A stretch of DNA of 62,968 nt, the filler included, from Thraustochytrium aureum (lineage: Eukaryota): the NCBI GenBank assembly GCA_012862495.1. It is 4 parts of 4 records of this genome, joined end to end, with 100 filler letters (N's around TTAATTAATTAA, not from the genome) between each part and the next. Parts side by side here need not be neighbours in the genome. Positions count along the whole stretch, not along the records: positions 17,935 to 47,265 come from BLSG01000057.1; positions 47,366 to 58,680 come from BLSG01000058.1; 2 more parts are not named here. One strand, 5' to 3'. A program made the position numbers and the translations under genes. This document shows positions 43,257-54,110 of the stretch, piece after piece; the first letter of the stretch is position 1; each line of letters starts with the position of its first letter. The notes beneath the pieces are model-generated. The model did not search any database, was not told where the DNA came from, and was given only the letters and a program-made list of their open reading frames with translations.

Positions 43257-44099
43257 TTACAAGCGAGCCGCCTTGGACTTTGACACCTTGGGCACGGGGT
43301 AGGGTTGCGAGCCCATCGAGTTGGACATGCCGCCGTCGGCGATGATCGCCTGCCCCTTGATGCAGCTGGACGCGTCGCTAGCAAGAAACGCAACGACCGC
43401 TGCGATCTCGGCCGGGTCGATCGGCGGGAAGCGCCGATAGTCAAACCCCTTCAGGTGCAGCCCCTGTTCGTCCAGGGTCTGAGCCACCGACATCATCAGC
43501 GGAGTCATGACCCCACCGGGCACAACCGCATTGACGCGGACGTTGTCCAAAATAAGTCGGTCGTTCGCCGACTTGATCATGCTCAGAACAGCGCCCTTGC
43601 TGGCAGTGTACTGAAGTGGGGTGAGATCTGCGCGCATGGCAGCGATCGAGGCCGTGCAAATGATCGACCCCCCGCCAGATTTCGCCATGGCCTGCCCGGC
43701 GTACTTGATCGCCATGAACACACCAAGCGTGTTGATGCTCAGCACCCGCATGAACTGCTCTTCCTGCTCGTCAGCAATGGGAACGAACTTGTTGAGAACT
43801 CCGGCATTGGCGTAGAAGACGTCGATCCGCCCAAAGTTGTCGACACAGTCGGCGACGAGGGCCTGAACGTCTGCCGAACTGCTCACATCTGCCTTGAACG
43901 AACGCGCACAGCCTTTAAAGTCCTCGTTGATTCTGGCTGCCGTCTCTTTGACCGACTCCTCGTTAATGTCAGCGCAGACGACCTTGGCGCCGTGCCGCGC
44001 GAAGAGCTCGGCCGTGGCCGCGCCGATGCCGCTGCCCGCCCCAGTCACGACGCAGCACTTGCCAACAAGCTGCTGCGCGTTGAGCCCATTCGCGCTCAT
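43257..44099 (-). CDS. Classical short-chain dehydrogenase/reductase (SDR)
   Basis: TGAGSGIG, ANAG, catalytic S and YTASK, VRVNAVVPG, IKGQAIIADGG. Confidence 0.95.
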   Translation of the reverse strand: MSANGLNAQQLVGKCCVVTGAGSGIGAATAELFARHGAKVVCADINEESVKETAARINEDFKGCARSFKADVSSSADVQALVADCVDNFGRIDVFYANAGVLNKFVPIADEQEEQFMRVLSINTLGVFMAIKYAGQAMAKSGGGSIICTASIAAMRADLTPLQYTASKGAVLSMIKSANDRLILDNVRVNAVVPGGVMTPLMMSVAQTLDEQGLHLKGFDYRRFPPIDPAEIAAVVAFLASDASSCIKGQAIIADGGMSNSMGSQPYPVPKVSKSKAARL

Positions 44100-44690
44100 C
44101 TCTGCTCCCTTCTACTGTGCCGCCACGAGTCGCACGCAGTCCAGGCCCGCCCGCAACGATTCGGCTTTACGCGTCCTATCTGTCCATCTGGCGCGCCGGT
44201 GCTCTGCATGCAGTCGCATGCGAGCTGCACGCAAGCGCGACGACACGAAGAATCATCGATGAAGATGATGATCGGACGATTCTCGCGCAGCACGACTCGC
44301 GTCCCAGAACTGGCCAGGAGGGCGGCCACAGCGTCCGCGATAGCGTCTGGCGCAAGCACAAGCGCCGCAAAACCGAGCCGCCACCTCGCCCGGCCGCTGG
44401 CAGGCACTCGGGTAGAGTGCCTCCAGAGACACGCCGCCGCTGAGCGACCGCCAACTCGAGCAGCATTCGCCGAGCAGCGCCACGCAAGGCCAGCGCTCGC
44501 CACCTGTAGACAGATGCTGAGGTTCAATAAATGGCCGTTAGGGCCGTTTCGATTGGCCGCGCAGCGGCTCTTCGATTGACGGCGAGCGCCGCGCGGCGCG
44601 CAGTCAGACTCGCACGCGGCCAGGTCCCCGGGCGCCATAACGCGCGTGCTTTCGGCGACGCTACCGCTGGTTTTGTCGTTTTGGGCGGCC

Positions 44691-46169
44691 ATGGCGCCAA
44701 GCAATAACACGGATGCGGTGGCGTTGGACAAGGACCAAGCCGCGGCGGAGGACGCCTCGAGAGCGTGCGACGATGTTGGCTGCCCGGAAAGCCCTCGAGC
44801 TGCTGGGGAGCAGAGGTACACGGGCGCAGTGAATACGAGCGGGGTGCGGCATGGCAAAGGGTCGCTGCTGTATGAAGCCGGGTCGTTCAGGTATGTGGGC
44901 GACTGGGTGGACGGGCTCAAGCACGGGCAAGGGCGGCTCGCGCTCGGGCGCGATGGCAACGAGTTCTATGAAGGAGAGTTTGCGCACGGAGAGATTACAG
45001 GCCGGGGCACGCGCGTTTCGGCTGAATGGACCTACCACGGGGACTTTGTCCTGGGGGAAAAGTGTGGTGAAGGCGTGCAAGAATTCGCTGACGGCGCGAG
45101 GTATGACGGCGAGTGGAAGGACAACCGCATGCACGGCTCTGGCGAGCTCACCCTGCCAAACGGCGACAAGTACATAGGCGAGTTTCGCGACCACCGCCGC
45201 GATGGAAACGGGCTCTTGGAGTGCGTGAATGGCGATATTTACGACGGCGAGTGGAAGGCGGGCCTCCAGAACGGCCAAGGCCGCGCCGTGTGGAGCAACG
45301 GAGAGGGCGCAGGCGAGGACGTCTATATCGGTCAGTGGAGCAGGGGCAAGCGCCACGGCCGTGGACGCTTCCTCGACGCCGTCAGCGGCATCNNNNNNNN
45401 NNNNNNNNNNNNNNNNNNNNNNNNNNNNNNNNNNNNNNNNNNNNNNNNNNNNNNNNNNNNNNNNNNNNNNNNNNNNNNNNNNNNNNNNNNNNNNNNNNNN
45501 NNNNNNNNNNNNNNNNNNNNNNNNNNNNNNNNNNNNNNNNNNNNNNNGGCTCGACAGCGAGGCAACGCAGCAAGCTCTGCAGACCCCAGCCCCGCCAAGG
45601 GCGCAGACGGTGGCGCCCAGGCCCCAGATGGCGCAGGTTCACCAGAGGACGATGTGCCTGCAGAGCAGGACGACTCGCCAGAAATCGACTTGGGCGCTGC
45701 GCTTGAGCTCGAGCCGGGACAACCGTGGCCCGAGCGTCTGTGCGTCGGTGTTCTCCACAGCAAACCCGACGAGCTTGCCCGCGTAACATCGAAAGCAGTC
45801 CAGGCGCTTGTTGTCAGGGCCGAGTCTGGCCGCGTGTTCGAGCTGCGCGCATACAACTGCTCGCAGATTGAGCAAGACCCCGAGCAGGCTGTGGGCCAAG
45901 GCGACTCGAGCGGTCTCAATGCTGCCCTCCCGGGAGCCGCAGATGGTGGTCTCGTGCTTTGTCGCATGGAAACCAGTTGTGGAAGCGCCTTGCTCTCTGC
46001 GGCGGGCCAGACGGTGCCTGGACGATTGGCGCCAGGGCAGACTGTCAAGGTCAAGGTCGTCGACGTCACACACGGTCTGCCAGAAGCCGAGCGACTCGCG
46101 GAGTGCGAAGCAACAATCGCCTTGTCGAGCAAAGGCACCTCTGCTGCTGCGGGTAAAAAGCGAAAGTAG
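44691..46169 (+). CDS. MORN-repeat protein (MORN1-like), internal gap
   Basis: About 8 YxGxWxxGxxHGxG repeats. Confidence 0.9.
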   Translation: MAPSNNTDAVALDKDQAAAEDASRACDDVGCPESPRAAGEQRYTGAVNTSGVRHGKGSLLYEAGSFRYVGDWVDGLKHGQGRLALGRDGNEFYEGEFAHGEITGRGTRVSAEWTYHGDFVLGEKCGEGVQEFADGARYDGEWKDNRMHGSGELTLPNGDKYIGEFRDHRRDGNGLLECVNGDIYDGEWKAGLQNGQGRAVWSNGEGAGEDVYIGQWSRGKRHGRGRFLDAVSGIXXXXXXXXXXXXXXXXXXXXXXXXXXXXXXXXXXXXXXXXXXXXXXXXXXXXARQRGNAASSADPSPAKGADGGAQAPDGAGSPEDDVPAEQDDSPEIDLGAALELEPGQPWPERLCVGVLHSKPDELARVTSKAVQALVVRAESGRVFELRAYNCSQIEQDPEQAVGQGDSSGLNAALPGAADGGLVLCRMETSCGSALLSAAGQTVPGRLAPGQTVKVKVVDVTHGLPEAERLAECEATIALSSKGTSAAAGKKRK

Positions 46170-46297
46170 CTTTTGGTGCCCGTTCGTTTGATTTACACAG
46201 CTGCCACCCCCCAAGCAGCAAATTGCAACCCCGCCAGAGCAGGGCTGTGCCCGCTTTGCAGCGATATCACAAGCGCGTACATCCCAAGCCAAATTCT

Positions 46298-47265
46298 CTA
46301 CATTTCATCCCCGAGCGCTGACGGCACCACCTGGATGGCGGCATGCGTGAGCTGGCCCGCAAACGACCGCCCGCTACTGAGCGTCGCACGCTTGTTTTCG
46401 TCTGACCTCCGGACAGCATACTGCCGCTCCGCCTTGGACAGCGAGCGCCGGCCCTTGGCTCGGGCGACGTCAAGCTCAGTCTTGAGTTCCAGGTCGGCAT
46501 CGCTCGCCGAAAGGCTCAGCTCAAACTCTTGGAAAGTGAGGTCCGAGCCCGGCTTGAGCGAAGAGGCGGAGCAGCGGACCTGTCCCCCGGCCATCTCGGC
46601 GATCTCAAGGAACCAAGGGTCCTTTGGAGGGCCGGACTTGCCCCCAGCCCGCTTGCCCGGAATATTGTGGGTGCTCTGCAAAAAGTCAGGGTGCCCGCAT
46701 GCGATTGGCGTCGAGACGTATATCTTGTACGAGCAGGTCGATACTTCTTCGACGCTGATGAGCCGAAGCGTAGAGTCGCACACGAACTCCACGCGAGACT
46801 CGCGGCCCACGTGGCCGGGTAGCGCTTCGCAGAGCGTGCCTTCCTCGTAGAGTTGGCTAGACCCGTCCATGCCCGAGTATGTGCCCAGGAGGAACGAGTC
46901 CCGCCCGTGGGACTGCGTGACTTTGTTGTCAAAGCACAGCTCGTACTTCCAGTAATCGAGCGTCTTGCGGATGCAGATCCCGCTCAGTTTGCCAAGCACA
47001 GACTCCACATCGCGTTGGATCCCCGGGAAAGCTTGCTGTTGTTGCTGTTGCTGCTGGGTTTGCTGCTGCGCGTTCCCGCCCGAGGAATCCCCGCCCCGCA
47101 GCGTCACGTGCTTGAACTCGCATGAGTAAGTGGCGCCGCCTCGCCCTCTTAATTTCACCAGTGCCGAGTTCTCCTCCTCTTTTCCAACGAAGAGAGGCGT
47201 GCTCACCCGAGTCGCTCGCGACGCGCTCTCGCGCCGCGCGAGTGCGGCCGCAGCGGCCGCTTCCG
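46298..47265 (-). CDS. MRH (PRKCSH) domain ER lectin, OS-9/ERLEC1-like; 5' end truncated at scaffold end
   Basis: CIRKTLDYWKYELCFDNKVTQSH, QLYEEGTLC, RESRVEFVC, ISVEEVSTCSYKIYVSTPIAC; polyQ tract. Confidence 0.85.
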
Positions 47266-47365
47266 NNNNNNNNNNNNNNNNNNNNNNNNNNNNNNNNNNN
47301 NNNNNNNNNTTAATTAATTAANNNNNNNNNNNNNNNNNNNNNNNNNNNNNNNNNNNNNNNNNNNN
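47266..47365. other. Artificial scaffold linker N44-TTAATTAATTAA-N44
   Basis: 12-mer at 47310-47321. Confidence 0.97.
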
Positions 47366-47537
47366 TGAACTTTTCAGGAAACGGTTAGGTTAACTACGTG
47401 CGGGGGTTTCTATTGCGGGTCTCGCTAGGTTGTTGAACTTTTAAGGAAAAGGTTAGGTTAATATCGTGAAACACAGCGGGGTTTACTATTGCGGGTCTCG
47501 CTAGGTTTAAGGAAAAGTTGAACTTTTAAAAGGTTAG
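47366..47537 (+). repeat. Degenerate AT-richer tandem repeat (about 68-85 bp unit) at scaffold edge
   Basis: TGAACTTTT-AGGAAA-GGTTAGGTTAA...CTATTGCGGGTCTCGCTAGGTT units at 47366 and 47434, partial unit at 47519. Confidence 0.85.
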
Positions 47538-47933
47538 TGCAAGCCTGAGGAGGGAGGGGCTCTCTTCCCCGTTCGAAAATGCTCGTGCTGGGAGGCGACG
47601 GGCGGCAGGGAGGGCCCTGCGCTCCTTACTACACCGGGCGGCTTCGGTACGTTCGGCAAGAGAGTCATATTGTCCGAGTCTTCCACAGCGCCAGTGGAGG
47701 TCTCGCAAGACGTTCCTCAAGAGTCCCGCGATAGCATCTCCCTGCCTCTTGCTCCAGTTGAACCGCGCAAGAACTCCGCGCGACTGATTGGGAGGGGATG
47801 CGCGTTTCTTTTGTGAGTGGGGACGGCAGGGAGGCAGGCACATAGTAGCGCTCCATGCAGCAGCAAGAGGCGGGAGAGGATCTGCCTGCCTGACGAGAGA
47901 ACAGACCCGACGAGCAGACCCCAAACGAACGAA

Positions 47934-47965
<32 letters not shown>

Positions 47966-47966
47966 C
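47934..47966 (+). repeat. (GCAC)n microsatellite
   Basis: cgcacgcacgcac... about 8 units. Confidence 0.92.
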
Positions 47967-48159
47967 CCGCCGCGAGAGCAGGCAGGCAGGAGCAGGCAGG
48001 AGCAGACGCGAGCAGCAGGAGCACCGGCAGGAGCTCCAGCTGCCGCAGGAGGAGCGGCGGGAGACGCGCGACAAACACCGGCGCCGGCAAGAGCACCTGC
48101 ACGACACGCACCAGCGGCACCCGCAACAGCTGTGGCAGGTACGAGCGCGGGCCGGCGAG

Positions 48160-49267
48160 ATGGAGCAGTTCAGCCAGGGCATGTTCTCGCTGAAGAAGGT
48201 GGGCGATTTTCCCTTCCCGGAAAAGGAGATCATCGAAGTGAAGGCGACCGAGACGGTAGACTCGGCGTTTCGGAAACTGGTCGAGCACAGGATTCTTTCC
48301 GCGCCGTGCTGGGACGAGGAAAAGCAAAAGTACCTTGGGTTTTTCGACATCACGGATGCCCTCGCCCTGATCTACAGCGTCGACCTCCTGATCACCGCCA
48401 TTCCCGACTCGATGCTCAAGACCTCGACGGCGCTGCGCCTGGCATCCTCCGGGAGCGCGTGCCCCGACTGCACAGACCTGCTTGTGGGGAGCATCTTTGA
48501 AGATGTGCAGCCAGGGCAGTCGGACGGTCTGCGCTCGGAGCGCGAGGCGACCTGGAACCCCGTCACGAACGAGGCACCTATGAGCCAGGTCATTTTCCTG
48601 CTGGCGACGTCCACGCGGCGCGTGCCTGTGATCGACCAGACCAGCAACCGCGTCATCAAGATCCTCTCGCAGTCGCTCGTCACCCAGGTGCTCAACGAGA
48701 CGCTCAAGGAGATGGAGGCGAACGGCACGAGCCTGCCCGAGCCTGTTCCACAAAACGCCTCGCAACTCTGGTGGGTTTGGGATGCGCCCTGTGCTTACCG
48801 TTGACGCAGACAGCCAGACTGCGCGCGACGCGTTCCGCATGATCATCGAGAACGGGGTCTCGGCTGTCGCGGTGCTCGACGAGGACAAGAAGCTGCTCAG
48901 CAGCATTACGACCAAGGACATCCGGCTGTTCAAGAGCCTCGAGGAGGCCGCTTTGCAGCGCCTGACGGCGGAGAAGTCGAAGCGCGACGCCGAGACCGAG
49001 AAGAACCCGAAAGAGCACCTGGCTTTGATGGACCTCACCTGCGGGGACTTCGTCTCGATGGTCGAGTTGACCGCCTCAAACAAGGGCATGACCATGGCGC
49101 CAGCGGTGGTCGTGGACCAGGACGCGCCGATTCGTCGCATGATCGCGCGCCTTGCGCTTACCAAGAAGCACCGCTTGTTTATCTGTGACGACCGCCGCCC
49201 AATTGGCGTCGTGTCGGTTTCCGACATTGCCAAGCTGCTTGTCACTGACCCGAACAAGAAGGAGTAG
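48160..49267 (+). CDS. CBS-domain protein (four CBS; Sds23/AMPK-gamma-like), frameshift near 48750
   Basis: AFRKLVEHRILSAPCWD, RRVPVID, AFRMIIENGVSAVAVLD, KKHRLFICD..PIGVVSVSDI. Confidence 0.88.
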
Positions 49268-49750
49268 TCGCTGGCTGGCTGGCTGGCTGGTCAGGCGCGC
49301 TGGGCCGCTCGAGCGGTTGCTTCGCATGGCGCACAGCGCGCCCGTAGCTATGATTGTTGCCAATAGCTTAGCTTGCTGTTCAAGCCTGGAGCCCCCGCTG
49401 CTTGCTCGAGTGGGCATGCAGGGGTGGCTTGTTTCTTTCGTAGCCGAGGCTTTTTTTTGTCGCCTCGCTGTGTCTGGGACGCCCAGCGGCGAGGGCGGCG
49501 CGGATTCCCGGCAACCTGCTTGCGACCGACTGGCTGCCGCGGTCGGCGTACCTAGACGCGCCGTGCTCGCCACTCTCGGGCTTGGTTGCGCGGTGCCCTG
49601 CGGTGATACCAAAAAAGGATCATTTGCGGGTTTTTTTTGCTCGGACGCCGGAGTCGTCGTGTCGTCGTCGCTGTTGTTGTAGTTGATGTGGAGGATGCGT
49701 GAGGCAGGCCCGTGGCGCGCCTCTGTTGCAGCTACCAGCTCTGGCCGTCG

Positions 49751-50951
49751 TTAGTCAGACTTTAGCGCCCGCGATATCGCGCGCTGCGGGGCCAGCCAGA
49801 GCGCCCCCAAGAGTATCATGTGGCAGGCCTGGAGTAGCACGCTAGACAAAGGCGTGGCAGGGTACACGTTGTACGAGTACTCTATGGTCGCGAGCACAGC
49901 CAGCGCGGCCGCCAGGGGCAGAGCGCTCGCACTGGCGAGGAACCCAAGCGTGTGAAAGTACCAGGCATAGAACTGGTAGTGGATCGAGCGCGCAAACACA
50001 ACGCCGATAAAGTTGCTGACAAACATCGCGCGAACGATGTGCGCCGCCAAGTCGCCCTCGTCAAGACGAGACACGTCAAGCGGGGCCGCGAGCGGCCGCG
50101 TGAATCCCGCGCGCAGAAGACCAAAGAGCCCGCCGCTGTGCCAGGCCGCAAAGTCGCGGTGACCAAAGGCCACCCACGCCACGAGAGTGAGCCCAACCAG
50201 CGCGAGAGCGAGCTCGCTGCTCACGAAGACATCTTCGGGAAGAAACTTCCAGTTCACGGTCCATTTGAACATGAACACGCGACCTAGCTCGAACGCCCGG
50301 CCAACGTAGCCCCGTGCGTTGGCCGCTAAAAACGGCGCCGCGAGGCCGGCCTGGATGCCCAGGAAGATGGCGCCGCGGCCCGCAGAGGCGGCGAGCCCGC
50401 CCGTCTCGAGCAGCACCACGGCGAGCCCAGGCAGAAACAGCACGATGTTCATCTTGATGCTTAGTGCCAGGCTGAACAAAACCACGCCGAGCGTCCACCG
50501 CCGCCGCACCAAAACAAAGGTGCTCGCGTAGAGGAAGGCCATAGCAACGCCGTCGTTGAAGAGGCGCAACGCAAAGATGGAATGGATGCGCCGGGACGCC
50601 AGGAGGGCAAAGCCAATCCAGAACGGAGCCCGCGGCGCCCTCGAGGAGGTCTTCGTCGCGCGCGTCGCGTGGTCGCCGCCCCTGCCTCGGTAGTGTACGG
50701 TCCCAAGGCACAGGAAGACCACCACGGCGTGCAGCGCCGCAAACATGTACTGCGCGCGGCGAATGTTGGTGCCCCCGTCTGTGGCCCAGCGCAGCGCAGC
50801 AAACACGTACACAAACCCAGCCGGGTACACGAGCGGGCCCGTGTCGCCACGGAGTTGCATGTAGTCCCACTGCCCGTGCAGGACCGGGCCCTCCACCTCC
50901 TGCATGTACGCCACCCAATCAATCTCCGTGTACGCCACGAGCCGCACAACC
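49751..50951 (-). CDS. ALG3: Dol-P-Man:Man5GlcNAc2-PP-Dol alpha-1,3-mannosyltransferase, 5' end in gap
   Basis: VAYTEIDWVAYMQEV, GDTGPLVYPAGF, RIHSIFALRLFND, SIKMN, FKWTVNWKF, ARSIHYQFYAWY, IEYSYNVYP. Confidence 0.96.
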
Positions 50952-52223
50952 NNNNNNNNNNNNNNNNNNNNNNNNNNNNNNNNNNNNNNNNNNNNNNNNN
51001 NNNNNNNNNNNNNNNNNNNNNNNNNNNNNNNNNNNNNNNNNNNNNNNNNNNNNNNNNNNNNNNNNNNNNNNNNNNNNNNNNNNNNNNNNNNNNNNNNNNN
51101 NNNNNNNNNNNNNNNNNNNNNNNNNNNNNNNNNNNNNNNNNNNNNNNNNNNNNNNNNNNNNNNNNNNNNNNNNNNNNNNNNNNNNNNNNNNNNNNNNNNN
51201 NNNNNNNNNNNNNNNNNNNNNNNNNNNNNNNNNNNNNNNNNNNNNNNNNNNNNNNNNNNNNNNNNNNNNNNNNNNNNNNNNNNNNNNNNNNNNNNNNNNN
51301 NNNNNNNNNNNNNNNNNNNNNNNNNNNNNNNNNNNNNNNNNNNNNNNNNNNNNNNNNNNNNNNNNNNNNNNNNNNNNNNNNNNNNNNNNNNNNNNNNNNN
51401 NNNNNNNNNNNNNNNNNNNNNNNNNNNNNNNNNNNNNNNNNNNNNNNNNNNNNNNNNNNNNNNNNNNNNNNNNNNNNNNNNNNNNNNNNNNNNNNNNNNN
51501 NNNNNNNNNNNNNNNNNNNNNNNNNNNNNNNNNNNNNNNNNNNNNNNNNNNNNNNNNNNNNNNNNNNNNNNNNNNNNNNNNNNNNNNNNNNNNNNNNNNN
51601 NNNNNNNNNNNNNNNNNNNNNNNNNNNNNNNNNNNNNNNNNNNNNNNNNNNNNNNNNNNNNNNNNNNNNNNNNNNNNNNNNNNNNNNNNNNNNNNNNNNN
51701 NNNNNNNNNNNNNNNNNNNNNNNNNNNNNNNNNNNNNNNNNNNNNNNNNNNNNNNNNNNNNNNNNNNNNNNNNNNNNNNNNNNNNNNNNCGGAAGCGCAA
51801 GCTGCGCGACAAGCACCGCGCCGCTGGGGACGGCCAGTGGATCTTTCTGCTAATGCCGAACCTCGAGTTTGTGCTGACCTATCCGGGCCCGGGCGTGGTG
51901 CGCTGCGAAGACGTCGAGCCCGTCGGGGTCCTTCGCTACGATCGCGAGTGCGGGGCCGTCGTGCGCATCGCGGATGGCGCGCGCTACGAGGTCCCGCGCT
52001 AGGCCTGGCTGGGTGTTTTTTTTCAAGGCGCACGTTTTTCGAGGTCCCGCGCTGGGCCAGGATGCTTTCGCTTGGCGTCTCTGGCTCTAGAGAGAGATAC
52101 TGATGATTGCGCGCGCTTCCTGAACGCGCCGCGGCCGAACCGGTGTTTGTGTGCAGTTCGCGTTCAAATTTTAGAAATGCCCCCTGCTATAGCTATTGCT
52201 GTCATCCCAGCCACCCTGCTAGT

Positions 52224-53126
52224 TTACCACCCACTCTCCCCGGTGTACCGGACCCTGTGGCCACCGTGTCGGCCACGCTCGTACTGGTGGTGGTCCCAGT
52301 CCACACCGAAGGCGCCAGAGACTGCCAACCCAATCACAATGATCATGATGATGATCATTATGAATGCAACAAAGAGGCAAGCGAAAAACCGAACGCCGCC
52401 CTTGACGTGCTTGTCCTTGGAAATGTTCATCCCAGTGTCGCTGGGCTTGTGCGTCTGTATGTAGAGCTCCCCGGGGCCCTCAAAGTGGCACATCATCCCT
52501 TCTCCGCTGGTCAAGCTCGTGAAAATAGAGTCCGTTGCCATGTTGACTTCGTAGCGCATGTCGGCCGACCATGCCACCAAGTGGCCGTTGTCCACGGACC
52601 GCCGCTCCCCTGCGGCGAGCTCGTACCGCACCATGGACCCGGTGCTGTTGATCGCGAGGGCGCCCGTCCCCTTGGCGCGCAAGATGAAGAGCCCAGCGCC
52701 AAACGCCATCTTGCCAAAGTCCCACTGCGTCTCTGTCTGCAGCTCGACGGCGTCCTCCGCGGCAAGGAAGGCGCCGTTTATCAGCTTGAACTCATGGCCT
52801 TGGCCGACGTCCAAAATCACAATGTCGCCGGGGTCTTGCGGCGCGAGGAGAATGTCTTGGTCATCGCGCTTGGCTTTCAGCGTTTGGAAGAACACTGACT
52901 CGTTCGAGAGCCCGCTGCGCAGGATCGACCGGATCCAGCCCCCGTCCATCCTCGACCCCAGCTTGACGTGCGCCGACATGGTGACCAGCGCGTCCGACTC
53001 CGCCTTGACCACATCCCCCTTTCGCAGCCTAGCTTCCAGCGCGGCCCCGGACCCGCCGCTGTTCACCACGCTAAATACCGTCCCCGTGCGCCTCTGCCGC
53101 TCCGCTGGCGGCGCGTCCACGGCCAT
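52224..53126 (-). CDS. AIM24/DUF124-family protein with C-terminal TM helix
   Basis: VKAESDALVTM, LSNESVFF, LAPQDPGDI, GAFLA, GLFILRAKGTG, VDNGHLVAW, TSGEGMMCHFEGPGELYIQT. Confidence 0.88.
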   Translation of the reverse strand: MAVDAPPAERQRRTGTVFSVVNSGGSGAALEARLRKGDVVKAESDALVTMSAHVKLGSRMDGGWIRSILRSGLSNESVFFQTLKAKRDDQDILLAPQDPGDIVILDVGQGHEFKLINGAFLAAEDAVELQTETQWDFGKMAFGAGLFILRAKGTGALAINSTGSMVRYELAAGERRSVDNGHLVAWSADMRYEVNMATDSIFTSLTSGEGMMCHFEGPGELYIQTHKPSDTGMNISKDKHVKGGVRFFACLFVAFIMIIIMIIVIGLAVSGAFGVDWDHHQYERGRHGGHRVRYTGESGW

Positions 53127-54110
53127 CGCGTCCGCTGCGAGCGCCAGGCTCGGCCTTGACCAAGAACNNNNNNNNNNNNNNNNNNNNNNNNNNNNNNNNN
53201 NNNNNNNNNNNNNNNNNNNNNNNNNNNNNNNNNNNNNNNNNNNNNNNNNNNNNNNNNNNNNNNNNNNNNNNNNNNNNNNNNNNNNNNNNNNNNNNNNNNN
53301 NNNNNNNNNNNNNNNNNNNNNNNNNNNNNNNNNNNNNNNNNNNNNNNNNNNNNNNNNNNNNNNNNNNNNNNNNNNNNNNNNNNNNNNNNNNNNNNNNNNN
53401 NNNNNNNNNNNNNNNNNNNNNNNNNNNNNNNNNNNNNNNNNNNNNNNNNNNNNNNNNNNNNNNNNNNNNNNNNNNNNNNNNNNNNNNNNNNNNNNNNNNN
53501 NNNNNNNNNNNNNNNNNNNNNNNNNNNNNNNNNNNNNNNNNNNNNNNNNNNNNNNNNNNNNNNNNNNNNNNNNNNNNNNNNNNNNNNNNNNNNNNNNNNN
53601 NNNNNNNNNNNNNNNNNNNNNNNNNNNNNNNNNNNNNNNNNNNNNNNNNNNNNNNNNNNNNNNNNNNNNNNNNNNNNNNNNNNNNNNNNNNNNNNNNNNN
53701 NNNNNNNNNNNNNNNNNNNNNNNNNNNNNNNNNNNNNNNNNNNNNNNNNNNNNNNNNNNNNNNNNNNNNNNNNNNNNNNNNNNNNNNNNNNNNNNNNNNN
53801 NNNNNNNNNNNNNNNNNNNNNNNNNNNNNNNNNNNNNNNNNNNNNNNNNNNNNNNNNNNNNNNNNNNNNNNNNNNNNNNNNNNNNNNNNNNNNNNNNNNN
53901 NNNNNNNTTTTTGCGGTTGACGCACTTGGAGACCAGGGCTGACAAACACTCGGCAGAGACAGACGCAGACCGCGAGCAGGACGCGCAGCACGCAGGCTTC
54001 GAGGGTTGCTCGCAGTCCGCGAAGGCTTGGAAGAGGCCAGGAGGCGGCTGCGTGCAAGTTTGGTCTGGCCTTGGGGAGCAAGGAAGGGAAAGGTACTCTA
54101 GCGGGCAGGG

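Noticed and set aside
43305..44579. Long antisense ORFs (e.g. opposite SDR, CBS, SulP, PNP)
   Set aside because: Shadow ORFs caused by GC3-biased codon usage of the real gene on the other strand.
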